DNA from: Podarcis liolepis
Taxonomy: Eukaryota
Reading direction: 5' to 3' (one strand)
Assembly: GCA_965112155.1 (NCBI GenBank)
Contig: OZ218102.1
Length of the DNA: 64,000 nt
The translations under genes were made by a program, and so were the position numbers. The notes below the pieces were generated by a model. The model was not told the DNA's origin and did no database searches. It saw only the letters and a list, made by a program, of their open reading frames with translations. Positions 24,846 to 36,728 of the stretch are shown here, one piece after another. How positions within the stretch are numbered: position 1 is the stretch's first letter; each line of letters begins with the position of its first letter.

Positions 24846-25152
24846 TAGAAATCACAGATAGTACGCACCCCGGAAACTATCTCTTTCAGCTTCTGCCTTC
24901 TGGAAGAAGGTATAGGGTTATAAAGGCCAGGACTAGCTGCCTGAAAAACAGTTTCTACGCTAATGCAATTCTGGTTCTAAACGCAGCATAAGGGGTTTCT
25001 GTAGTATAGTGTGTTTTAAAATGGGGTTTTAGAGTTTTTAGGGGTTTTTGAATGTTTTGTGTAGTTTTTATGTAGTTTTATGTAGTTTTATGTAGTTTTC
25101 AATTTCATTGTTCCGTAAGGGACAATGACAATAAAGATATCGTATCATATCG
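24846..25152 (+). mobile_element. Rex1/Babar LINE 3' fragment
   Basis: Translates EITDSTHPGNYLFQLLPSGRRYRVIKARTSCLKNSFYANAILVLNAA*. The 3'UTR ends caatgacaataaagatatcgtatcatatcg. Confidence 0.85.
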
Positions 25153-25414
25153 AGAAACAGGAGTGTGGATGGGCCCTTAGACCATGCAAGGCTAAGTTCA
25201 GCCCAAGCTGAGGAGAGGGGAAAGAGCCTGCATTGGCACTGCCAACATTTCCATTTCCACTACAAAGTGCCCAGTGTTATTATGCTGCATGTAGATGTCA
25301 TGCATAGCCCTGACCTGATGCCAGACTATTGAGTCCTCGGAAAATGAACCAGAACCCTATAGGTTGGGGATCTTGGGGAGCAGGCAGAGCCCCCTGGGTT
25401 CAGTTCTAGGGTTT

Positions 25415-25436
25415 TACTACTATTACTACTACTACT

Positions 25437-25469
<33 letters not shown>

Positions 25470-25870
25470 AATTTATTTATACCCTGCCCATCTGGCTGGG
25501 TTTCCCCAGCCACTCTGGGCAGCTCCCAACTGGATATTAAAAACACAATACAGCATTAAACATTAAAAACTTCCCTAAACAGGGCTGCCTTCAGATGTCT
25601 TTTAAAAGCAAGATAGTTGCTTATTGCCTTGACATCTGTTGGGAGGGCGTTCCACAGGGCAGGCACCACTACCAAGAAGGCCCTCTGCCTGGTTCCCTGT
25701 AACCTCACTTCTTGCAGTGAGAGAACTGCCAGAAGGCCCTTGGCACTGGACCTCAGTGTCTGGGCTGAACAATGGGGGTGGAGATGCTCCTTCAGGTATA
25801 CAGGACCAAAGGCGTTTAGTGCTTTAAAGGTCAGTACCAACAATTTGAATTGTGCTCGGAAACGTACTTG
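25415..25870 (-). mobile_element. L2 LINE 3' fragment with compound (ACT)n/(ATC)n tail
   Basis: ORF 25556-25843 (LVLTFKALNAFGPVYLKEHL...QRAFLVVVPALWNALP...FKRHLKAALF) is an L2 ORF2 C-terminus. Confidence 0.9.
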
Positions 25871-28800
25871 AGGGGTCCTCTGCGTTGATACCTGATGGAT
25901 GGCCTGTGATGCTGTGAGAGTGTTGGGGTAAAGCTGCCACTGGTCCTCAGGAGTGTCAGCACAAAAGCTTTGGGTCTAGGCCCAAAAGAGATGACATGGT
26001 ATGCATCTCTAAACCTGGAGTTATTGGTCTACTTCTGAATGGGGAGGTTGCATGTGAGTTGACAGTCCCTGGTGCTCCTTCACTGCCAGCCAGTGCCCTC
26101 CCAATGAGAATGTCAGACATTTTAAAAAAATATCTCCTCTCCTCTCAGAGCCATGCACCCTTTCCTATCCCCTCTCCCCTTTTATGCTTCTATGAATTTA
26201 CAGAGGCTTGAGGAGGGATTTCTGACAAACTCTCGTTCTCTGGGCAGCCGGGTCTCTGCACCATTCAGTCTATCCTAATCTAAACTATAGCTATGGCAAA
26301 GTCTTTCCTATGTGTCTCTGAGCAGGAAAACAGCAACACGTGACTGACGCGTTAATATTTATTATCCTGTTTCTCAGCCCCTGTTTTGTTCCTCTCCCAT
26401 TTTGTGAGGTGAGCTTTCTGCTGCTGTTGTTGCCAGTCACCTGGCTTCAGTATCTGGGCTGTAGTGGTGATGTTCCTTTAAATGGTCCTCCGGCATTGTG
26501 TTCAATAGCACAGAGCTTTGGGATGACAGGGTATACTTTATTAAAAGTGCCAGCATTTCCAATAGAATGGAAATCTTCAGGAGCAGAGTGGCAACAAATA
26601 AACCTGTTAAGGGCGGTTTTGACATACGTTGGAAATCCTCTCTAACCTAGTGGAAAAACATTTGCTTTTTCAGTTCCCTAGGAGTCTTCATTGTGGGAGC
26701 TCTCATCTTCATTCAGTGAAAAGCTGGAATTTCACTGCCCATGGCCAAAGGCTCAGTCTATGGGCCATCCATCATTTTCTAATAGCACTGCAAAAAATAA
26801 AAATAAAAAAAATAAAAATCAGTTAGGATATGTCTAGCAGAACCAATCCTACCAGGGAATCAAAACTTGATCAGCTAAAAGTCGCATAGGGACATAACAC
26901 ACATAATCTCACTCGGGAGAATCTCATTTGGAATGAAGTTATCTGTCTTCTTGCAAGACAGGTAGCCATGGCCTTTCACCCCTGATAAACTGGGTGCTGA
27001 ATAGATGCAGTAGTCTGCCCCTGGTATATAATTCTGTGAATCTCTGAGATAGTAACGTAGTGGGACATTTTGAAGAACAGGATTTCTCCATGACAGCCCC
27101 TTTAGCCACGCTCCCAAAGAGTCCAAAAATGCAGGCAGCTGTTTTGATCCATTAATATAGGAGCTCCTATAGCTAAGGTGAGGAGCAAAATAAAAAAACT
27201 AAAAAAAAGGTCCTGACTTTAGGGAGCCTCATACAGCATTTATTTGGCTAATAACTGTAAACATGGCATATGGGATTTGCCTGATGAGATCTCTTAAAGT
27301 TTTCAAACCTATCTAGAACTGTTGACAAGACATGGCAAGTTAAAGTGCTGTAAACTGTAAGCTACAAACAGGCATAGGGCAACCCACAAAAGAATATCTC
27401 TAGCAAGGAAGACCCAGATACTTCATAAGGCAATATAAGACTAGGACAACGTGGACCATCTCTGCTGGTTCCAGGTGCTATTATCCTCACCATCTGAATT
27501 TGGGCCTGATTCACCTGAAAGAACAGTGTGGGCCCATAAGTTGTAAGCAATCACAGTTTGTGACATTGCACAACATCCTGGTGTAACATGCTTTACATCT
27601 GGTAAAGCATTAGCATAACCTTCACATTTTCCAGCTTTGTGACATTTGATCCAACATTACCCTTCATTCTGAGCTTAAACTGGCAGGGGTTTTTTTGCTC
27701 ACTGAATGTATATGATGCAACAGTACATCTTAACACCAGTTTCATAGATCAACTAACAGTCATAGAATAATGAACTGGCAAAGGGTAGTGTTGTGGTTAA
27801 CCATTTTGGAATCCGGCTTGCGTGAAGATGTATGTTGGGTGATGAGGCATGATTGTTCTTAATTGCTGTTGGAGGCACCCAACTGTTGGTGTCCACCTGA
27901 TCTCCAGAAGGAAATCATTCCACAAGGTAGGCACCATCTCAAAGAAAGCCTTTGTCTGTACCACTGTGAGGTGGGTATCTGCAAGCTATGGTATAGTTAC
28001 CAGGTCCCCTTTGTAGATGGTTATCACCTCATTCACTTGCCAGAGTGAAGAGAACCCACATACTCTCATGCTCTGGCATACTACATCAATTTTCCTTACT
28101 CTGAAAACTGCTGCTTTGTGCCCCCCCCCCAACTAACTCTGGCTCTACTACACCACTACTCAGAGCAAGTTATGACTGATGCACCAAATGAGAAGTGCGT
28201 ATTCTTTGCAGAGGCATAGGTTGCCTCCAGACAGTCAACATTCGAGCACATATCAGAAAAGTTGGTTTGAGTGCTGCTTAAAGTAGATTGAAGTGCTCTG
28301 TCACCCTGGCACACAAAGTCCACTTTATTATTATTTTAATTTTTTAAAGTACATTTTGCAGTTAAGAAACTGATAGGAAAATGTGAGATGAAGAAAGGAT
28401 AACTATTCAGTGAAGTTTGGACATGGTTGAACCTCAACATAAGCTTTGTGCAAGCAAACCAGGATGATTGTCCGATAAACAGATCGTATGGAGGAGCCTA
28501 AAGAAAACTATGGAAAAGCAGCATATCTTAGCATATATTAACTGGTTTTGAGTTCATTTGTCTTCTGCTTGTAAATCATGTTACTTCTAAGCTGTACAGC
28601 TAATGTAGACTTCAGTAAAGTTTTGATGGTGCATATTAATAGAATTCCAACTCATGTAGCATTGCATTTGGCAAACTATGTTCTTATGGGAAAGAATGAA
28701 TGTGTGCTGAATGTGTTGAAAAGTTTGGGAACTTCTGGTAATGGAAATGTTGATACCTCAAGTCAGCAGGCTACTGGGAAGAGTTTGCTGGAGAAGAAAA

Positions 28801-29767
28801 TGAAATTAGAGACACCAGTATCCCAGTCCTAAATATATTTACTTAAAAATCCCAATGCTTTAAGACAAAGTTTCTACAAGAGAAATATGCATAGGAATGT
28901 AGCATTAATTCAGTAACACTGAACTCACAGCATTGCATCCATTTGTGATTCACTACCCACAGAAATCTCTTTGGTCCAGCAGAGGCTCATAGGAATGGAA
29001 AAGAGTGGGAGGCATTTTTGCAATTTCCCCTTTCTCCTGAAGTCCCTGCTTCCCTTTGCTATTCCAAAGGGTCCTTCAACCCTTTGAAACAGACTGGTGG
29101 AAGGGCAGATGGAATAAGAAGTCAAGGAAAATCTCCCCCTTTCCATTAACAGAATTATCTCCTGGATCAAAGAGTTTTCCATGAGCAGAGGAGAACCGTT
29201 GGATACAACACAGTGGAATTAAATGAATGTGTTGTGGATTGGGTTATTGGTAACACTTTTTCTTAGATACTGAAGGGAATAATTTAAAGGAATTTCTCTG
29301 CCTGACGTAAAATCTAATGATAAGTATTTCTTCACTGGATTAATTGATAAATAACATTTCAAGGGGAAGGGGAAACCTCGCAAGGCTACTGTCCTATGAG
29401 CATACTACCGCCAAAGGCAAACATGTATTCCTGTCTATTCTACCAATCCATAAAAGTTATTTGATGGGCTGTATTTGCATTGTAATGGGATGCAGGGTGG
29501 GGTGGGGGAGTAGTCTGAAGGACCTCTCATCCATGTGATTCTGATTGTAAAAAGAGACAGGGTCAAACTGGCAGGACAAGCTTGACACGTTCCCCTTTGC
29601 TGGGAAGATCATTTAAAGAAAATGGATGCTGGGTACACATTGCACTTCTGGAGTGTTCACCACTGGGAGAACTGGTGAGATGGGAAAGACAGAGGAGGGT
29701 AGATTAACTGGGGAAAGGTCAAAATGGCTGCCATTAAATCTAGGTAGCCTGTTCCTGCCATCTGCTT

Positions 29768-30128
29768 CAGGGATCGGGAACATTTTACAGCCCAAGGGCC
29801 ACATTTCCATCTGGAAACCTTCCAGGGGCCACATGCCAGTAGTAGACAGGGCTAGAGACAAAAGTGGGTGGAACAATGAATGCAGATGTTAACTTTGTAC
29901 ATTTGGATACTTTATACATACACTCACATAAGCCTCTGTGTCCTTCATCCAGACAAACGAGGCATTAAGAAAATCAGCCAGGTAAAAAAAAAAAGAAAAG
30001 AGTGGAGAAGGGCCAATGAGGGGTGCAGCCTGAGAGCAGAGGGCATGGCTTGGGAAGAATTCTGAGGCCAAGAGAGGGAGGGCTTGAGGGCTGCACTTGG
30101 TCCCTAGGCCTGAGGTTACCCACCCCTG
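29768..30128. mobile_element. hAT (Charlie-like) MITE
   Basis: cagggatcgggaac ... aggttacccacccctg TIRs and aagggccaca subterminal motifs. Confidence 0.6.
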
Positions 30129-30567
30129 ATCAGCCAAGACTGATAAAAATATACAAAAAAGTAGACTCATGGTCTTCCAGATTTGTTCCCATAAGTGAAG
30201 TCTTGGTACACTTAATGTTGGAGCACCGCTGAGTAGAAAGGGTTTAAAACGAGAAGAGAATGTTAATGCTGGATGATCCCCACCCTTCCTTTCCTTACTG
30301 TATTGTCTCCTTGCTGACACACAGACATCAAGAAGAAATATTCAAGATGAGATCATGTCATAACAATCTCCATCTGACTGTTACCATATGGTATTGGCGG
30401 TTTCCTTGGCTCCCACACTAGAAGCAGATTGAATTTCCCAGAAGCTCAGTGGCTCAATTTAAGAATATGAAGCAAAACAAAAAACATTCAAAGTTCAAAG
30501 CAGAGGACCTAATTAATTCATATTTTGACATCAGTATAACCAATGGAATGAAACATAAAAAAATGAA

Positions 30568-30569
<2 letters not shown>

Positions 30570-30599
<30 letters not shown>
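30570..30599. repeat. (TG)n microsatellite
   Basis: Direct reading. Confidence 0.95.
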
Positions 30600-30601
<2 letters not shown>

Positions 30602-30829
30602 GGGGGAAAGGAGGTAGCTATCCTTGTTCAGTATGAATACATACTCAGAGAAGAAGAACATTGACCTCTAAACCCCATACAATCTATCTAATATTCCCCA
30701 ACCTGGTGCCCTCCAACTGCTTTGGACTAAAACTCCCCAGCTACCCAGTCATCATTCTGGCTTGGGCTCTGTAGTCCAAAACAGCTGAGGAACCTTCTGT
30801 ACTTGGGTATATTTAGGCCTGGGTATATT

Positions 30830-31299
30830 TAGGTAGCAGGTGAACCGAGCGAGGTAGGAATCCCATGATTCAGAGGCTGGGGCAAATGGCAGTAGAGGCA
30901 CGAGTAAAGCCATGGTTCCGATGTGATGGATGGAACACAGTGCTCTAGCCAGTATAGTCAGTTCTGAATTGGGTTCTGTTCAGTGATTCCCCTCAATGAG
31001 TGTCCGAATCTGGCTGTGCTCTGATGTCCATCCGATCCCATCGGATGCCAGAGGCCTGGGCCTTTCAAATATCACCAAGGTTCTAATTCTATGGGGAGCC
31101 TGCTTGAGTATAGCCTGTTCCCTGTTCCACAAGTTCAACCCCAATATGTGACGGACAAGATGCTAGAACAGCAACAAGATCTTGATGAAAGAATGAGGGT
31201 AAGAGGCTCATCCTCCCCCCCCCCCCCGCATCTTTCCCTCATATGAGGGTAGTCACAAGAAGGGAGGGGGAAGTTTCCATTTCTATAGGAACTGGAGCA
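30830..31299 (-). mobile_element. Gypsy LTR retrotransposon 5' fragment (LTR about 31080-31299, leader, gag start)
   Basis: ATG at 30913 (minus) opens MALLVPLLPFAPASESWDSYLARFTCYL, resembling a Gypsy gag N-terminus (..ESWDSYL.RF..). The upstream block has imperfect inverted ends (tgctccagttcctatag / ggttctaattctatgg). Confidence 0.65.
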
Positions 31300-33550
31300 T
31301 GCTCTGATTGCACTAATTATTTACTTTGAAAAAATGACTAGAATTCCTTACCCACTATAAGTTTATGCTCCCAACCCATATACTGATTTGTTGTTTGAGA
31401 TGTGAAAGGACGCAGTTGAACTGACAGTGAGGAAAACTCTATCAGTATTGTGTGGGAGGTATTCAGTTACATAGTGGAATTTTAGGTTTGCACAATTAAA
31501 GTGGATTAAAGCACTCTGGAACTACAAATACACTTTAGAAACATGACTTCTTGGGTTAGGAAAGAGAAATGGACTAAATATTTTTGGAATAAATTATTGA
31601 TTAGTGGGATCACTGATTGAAACTGCTACCTCCCAATCTAGCTAAGAGCCCTGAATTAGGCCTCATCTGCACTCATTATTATACCATGTTAACAGTCACG
31701 GGCAGGTATTTAACTAAGCTTTCCTCAGAGCAGACCCATTGAAATTAATTAACATGACTAGGTTAGGTCCATGATTTCAATAAGCCTACTCTGAGAAAAA
31801 CTTAGTTGAGTATCACCAATGGCTTCTCCCAATGAATCCTGGGAACAGTTAAGGATGCTAAGGGTCATTAGGAGACCTCTACAGTATTCTTTTCACAGAC
31901 CCACAGTTCCCAGAGTTTGAGAATCATAGCCCTGTGAGGAGAATAGGCGTTTCCTTACAACACTTAGCACCCTTAACAAATAAAAGTTCCCAGGTTTCTC
32001 TTAGGGAAGCCATGACTTAAAATCGTGTAAGAGTGCTTTAAATACAACATGCAGATGTAGCCTCAGTGTAACTCATATCTACTAAGTGTAAGCCCAAATC
32101 TTTGCTGTTCATTTCACTATCCTTTCCCTCGCTCCCTGAGCTTGGGAGGCTGCACACCCTAGATCATCAATATTTGTACTATTGCAGGGTTTTAAAAGCA
32201 CACCATGGTTTATGTTATGTGTTGTCAAAGATATATTTGTCATTCATAAAACAAACACTTGTGTATAATGTTAACTCCTATCTAAATGAGATCGACAATG
32301 ATTGAGGCATAGATTAAATGTGTGCCAATTCCAGTTCTCATTTATTCAATGCACACATTAAATCTCCTTGCCGCTACACTGCTGTGCCTAGCTTATTAAA
32401 AGTCTTCTGCTGATCCTTCTGTTACTATGTTATGTGAGTGGAGAAAGATCTTATACAGGATGACAAATAATAGCCTTCCACCTGCAAATTGGGAAACCGT
32501 GGATTTTATATTTCCTCTCTATGGTGTCCTGTGTCTCTATGAAAAAGGTAATGCCATATGCACCCTTGAGCCTGCAGCAGAGGAAATGCTTCTCTCTTCA
32601 TTGGGATGGGGGGGGGAGTATGTGTGTGCTTTTGATTTAGCTCCAGTGGTGGTAGAAGGGGGGAGGCTGTGCGTACTCATCAGGGGGCTTCTTCATATAG
32701 CTAAGAGCCACTGAAATCCAGTATTCTTTGGCCATAGAAATACAGAAACTCCAGGGTGTATTTTGTTTGCTTTGCGGCTTGTATTTCTTTCTCCACTTCG
32801 CCAGTCTTGGATGCAAAGTGGTCCAGCCAAGAGTTTATATCCGCCTGAAATTATTCAGGCTTCTGTTCTCCCCTTTTTGAAGTGTTTGCGAAATGGAGAA
32901 GCAACATTCTTTCTGGTTAAATGTTCCCCAAATGCAGAAAACAAACAAAAGCAGAACAGCTTAGATGCTGAACATGGTGTTCAGTGAAAAGGAAGACTCT
33001 TGGGGAAGTGCATGAAAGACAAGTAGGAATTCATCCCTTAAAAAAGAAAGGCAAGGGGGTGTGGGAAGAATGCAAGAGCTCGCACTTTGACAGAAAGCTG
33101 GCTTCTTTGTAACTGTAAATTGGACAGCGACCTGCCAAAAACATTGGCACAGAGTCTCATTTACAATCTCCTGGCTTTATTGAGGCTTCTCTCCCCTCTG
33201 CCCACAATATCAAACTTCCTCATAACAATTTTTTTAAAAATTTTTTTGCATAACTACACCACAGAACAGTTCAGAAAAAGAGCCTGTATTTGCATCCGGA
33301 ACCTGGATTCCAAGTAAGTTAGACTAAGGTTCTTCTTGCAATCCTATCATATGGGCTGCAACAGATTTACTACATGTGCAAGAACAGAATTTGTGTACCA
33401 TTTTCCAGCATCACTATTCATCAGCTGCATTTATACAACTGTCTCTGTTTAATAGGCAGAGATATCAACAAGGTTTTTGCCCATGCATGGAGGCCTTCTC
33501 CCTTTGTGGCATAAGCCATCAAACCAGTAAGCTTCAAACATAGCTTCTCA

Positions 33551-33682
33551 TTTCATCTGAACCCAGAAACTATGGTTAATGGCTTTTGGAACAAGCCAGG
33601 ATCTTAAACCAACTTCAGACCGTAGCTTAAGAATCTGACTTGTTCCAAATCCACTAACCATAGTTTCTGGGCTCAGGTGAAA
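33551..33682. repeat. Fold-back inverted repeat, about 57-bp arms (probable MITE core)
   Basis: TTTCATCTGAACCCAGAAACTATGGTTA... pairs with ...TAACCATAGTTTCTGGGCTCAGGTGAAA. Confidence 0.85.
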
Positions 33683-34427
33683 GGAGGAGTTATGGTTAAC
33701 GAGAGACTTCAAAATGTCATTCCAGCACACAGTGAAGTGAGCACAGAAAGGGTTAATAAACTGTTCTCAATTCAGTTTATTAAGTCAAAGTATGATCATC
33801 CAAACTTAGCCATTGTGTTCTCTTCTCTATTCAAGAGAGGATGGCCAAAGGCACCTGGAAAAATGCAATTAAAACTGAATTACTTAGAGATTTCAAATGT
33901 TTGCATTTTAATCTTATGCTTGGGTGCAGTATTAATTAGGCAACAAACACCACCTTTATGCAGGCTTAGCTTTCCCCCCCCCAAAAAAAATATATATACA
34001 AAAAAGCAACATTATAAGCCCTAAGCATCCCTTGTAGGCAGGGAGCTAATGGAGGTTAACAAAGCTCTGCCAGATTTTCAGCAGGCCAGCAGAACAGAAT
34101 AAATCAAGATGAAAGGCCTACTAATCCTTCCACATATGTGACAGTAAATCAGGGACAATTCCATAAAAGTAAGATGAGGGTTTTCTCCCATGATGTATGC
34201 TTCATCACCTGCTCTTTCAGGATAAGTATGTGAGACAACATCAGCACCATTAAGAAGACTCTCATCAGCTACTGCCTAGCAATTCATGTTTAAGTCTCAT
34301 TTTCTGAAAAGCTTAACACTATAGGACATTAAGCTTAACCTCTCTTAACACTAAAGAGAGATAGAGATAGCAAACCTGAAGGTTGCCACCTGCTCTCCAA
34401 TAGATCCTGCTCCCCAATAGATCCTAC

Positions 34428-34685
34428 CAGTGCTTTCTTTCTGGGGGTACGCATATCCCTATACATTTTGTGAATCTAACAGGAGAAGAAACTAAAAATA
34501 AATAAATAAATAAAATTAGTTTCTTCTCTAGCATGGTGAATTGTCAGTTCCATTGAACACCACAGTGAAACGTCAGTTCCGTTGCTACCTCTGATGGTGG
34601 CCTCATTTACTGTCATGGTGTATCCTGAGTCTCAGACGGAATGAGAGTACCCCTAAACATTATTTTTTAAAGGAAAAAAGTACTG
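34428..34685. mobile_element. hAT MITE
   Basis: TIRs cagtgcttt and aaagtactg; 8-bp TSD GATCCTAC/GGTCCTAC. Confidence 0.75.
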
Positions 34686-35036
34686 GGTCCTACCACTGTC
34701 ATGACTCTCATGATGGGGGCTAATGGGCCACTTCAAACAGTCGTGCCAGCCTAATCTGGACTACAGGTTCACCACTCCTAGTACAGACATACTGAGCTAG
34801 GGCTCATCCAGATGTCCTTAGATTCATCCTGCTTTGCTGGCACAAAGCTTACATGGAGGTTAGATACTATCTCATCTTCAATGAGCATTCACTCTGTTTT
34901 GTTTGTGGGGAGTTACACAGCAATGAGCATTCATCCTGACCAGATATATTCTAATGCTTCTACATTTCAGAGTAGTCGAAACAAAATAAAAAAAATCCTT
35001 CCAGTAGCACCTTAGAGACCAACTAAGTTTGTTATT

Positions 35037-35076
35037 GGTATGAGCTTTTGTGTGCATACACACTTCTTCAGATACC
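35037..35076 (-). ncRNA. Minimal hammerhead ribozyme motif, G12-to-A mutated (probably inactive)
   Basis: The minus strand reads GGUAU-CUGAAGA-A-GUGUG(UAUG)CACAC-AAAA-GCUC-AUACC; GAAA has become AAAA. Confidence 0.65.
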
Positions 35077-35095
35077 AGATACTTCTTCAGATTCA

Positions 35096-35135
35096 GGTAT
35101 CTGAAGAAGTGTGCATGTACACGAAAGCTCATACC
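35096..35135 (+). ncRNA. Minimal type I hammerhead ribozyme motif (core intact)
   Basis: GGUAU-CUGAAGA-A-GUGUG(CAUG)UACAC-GAAA-GC-UC-AUACC: stem I GGUAU/AUACC, stem II 5 bp with one G-U, palindromic AGCU mini stem III, predicted cleavage after C35130. Confidence 0.75.
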
Positions 35136-36656
35136 AATAACAAACTTACCAGTTGGTCTCTAAGGTGCTACTGGAAGAATTTTTTTTATTTTGTTTTGAC
35201 TATGGCAGACCAACACGACTACCTACCTATTTCAGAGTAGGTGAGTCTTGCCTTACATAAGGCAATTGACCTCTGTGTCCACTCTTCCTTATCCCAAGGT
35301 AATTCCAGTTTAGTTGCTCACTGGAAACTTTGCCTTCTACCCAGGAGCTTCCCAGTCTAAATCCTGGCTAGTTCCTAGAGATGGAAGCTCCTCATTCAAT
35401 TTCTCTCATTGATAGCTAGCAGCTTGGTCTTTCCCCCTCACTTGCTCCCACCTTTACCCATGTTTCTTGGTGACTCTGCTCTGGTGCACATGACTTTATG
35501 CTTTATCTTTATGTATCCTCCCACCTCATCTTTATTTCTTCAACCACCCACCTCCCACAGCAGTCTAATTTCCCATTTTGCCCCTTATCTTGGGAGAAGC
35601 CTACTAGAGCTAGTCCGGCTTAGCCATGGGACACCCCCCCCCAAAAAAAAAAATGCCCTCAACCTTTTCTTGTTCACATTTGAATGAAAGGTAGGCTTTA
35701 AAATAGTCTTTCGGAAAGCTGGTCTTTAGCATTGCATTTCAAAACATTAATTTTAGGAGCAGGAGAGTGAATGCCATCATCGTAATGAAACCAGGCGAGC
35801 TAAAACATTGAGCTTTCTTTGTCTGAGCCCTTGCCTGACCCATTGGAACACTCCCTGGGATGTCATCATACTCTGGTGAAAGAACTATTTGCCTGCAATT
35901 GTAATTCATAGATTATGTTTAAGTAGATGAACCACAGACTAATCCAACAATCATCTTCCTGCCAAGAAGATTAAGGCTTTCCTATATACTCTGTAAATCA
36001 AATTGAATATTGGCTCCTGTTACTGATGTTTGTTTAATTACGAATATCGTCAGAACGCATGTGGAATATCTCAAAAATCTCTAAGATGCAAGGGGCAGAT
36101 CATAGCTAATGGGCTGCTGTAGGGGAAGGCTCCAAGTGCTGGATCAGTGACAGCACTAGGTCCAATTGGTGTTATTAAAAGAACACAAAACTAAATGGGT
36201 TCCAGATTAAAACCTTGGGGATTTTTCTAAGTGTGCTTAGGATCAGAAAATGTAAGGCAATGGCACATTCCAAAGGAACTGTGGCCTAAGGATGCAGTCC
36301 ACAAACCACATCCTTTGGGATAATGCTGTATACTTTAATGAAAGTATTCCGCAGTAAAACTTGGTTGATTGCAAGCCTTCCAGATGTTTTATAAAGGGGA
36401 CCAATTTAGGAAGTGTTGTCTTTGCTCCAAACATACTTTTCTCTCTCTGCCTCTACCTATTTCTCCTAGTAGTCACCTCCTGCCCTTTAGCTCTTTGTTT
36501 CCACTGTATTCAGCCCCAACCCAGACACTTAAGACTTCTGGTTTCACATATACATTCAACATAAGAACATAAGAGCCTGCTGGATCAGGTAAATGGCACA
36601 TTTAATCCAGAATCCTGTCCTCACAGCGACCAACTGGGTGCCTGCAGGCTTCCAAT

Positions 36657-36728
36657 TCTTCTTCTTCTTCTTCTTCTTCTTCTTCTTCTTCTTCTTCTTC
36701 TTCTTCTTCTTCTTCTTCTTCTTCTTCT
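36657..36728. repeat. (CTT)n microsatellite
   Basis: About 24 units; produces the poly-Phe ORF artefact. Confidence 0.95.

Larger units (their letters stand above)
34976..35228. mobile_element. Penelope-like element remnant: inverted pair of pseudo-LTR ends
   Basis: About 105-bp arms in inverted orientation (34973-35076 vs 35096-35201). 12-bp flanking direct repeat ATTTCAGAGTAG at 34964-34975 and 35229-35240. Each arm carries a hammerhead motif. Confidence 0.8.

Noticed and set aside
30840-31160. 7SK- or snRNA-like structured RNA
   Set aside because: Does not match 7SK motifs; better explained as a Gypsy leader and gag start on the minus strand.
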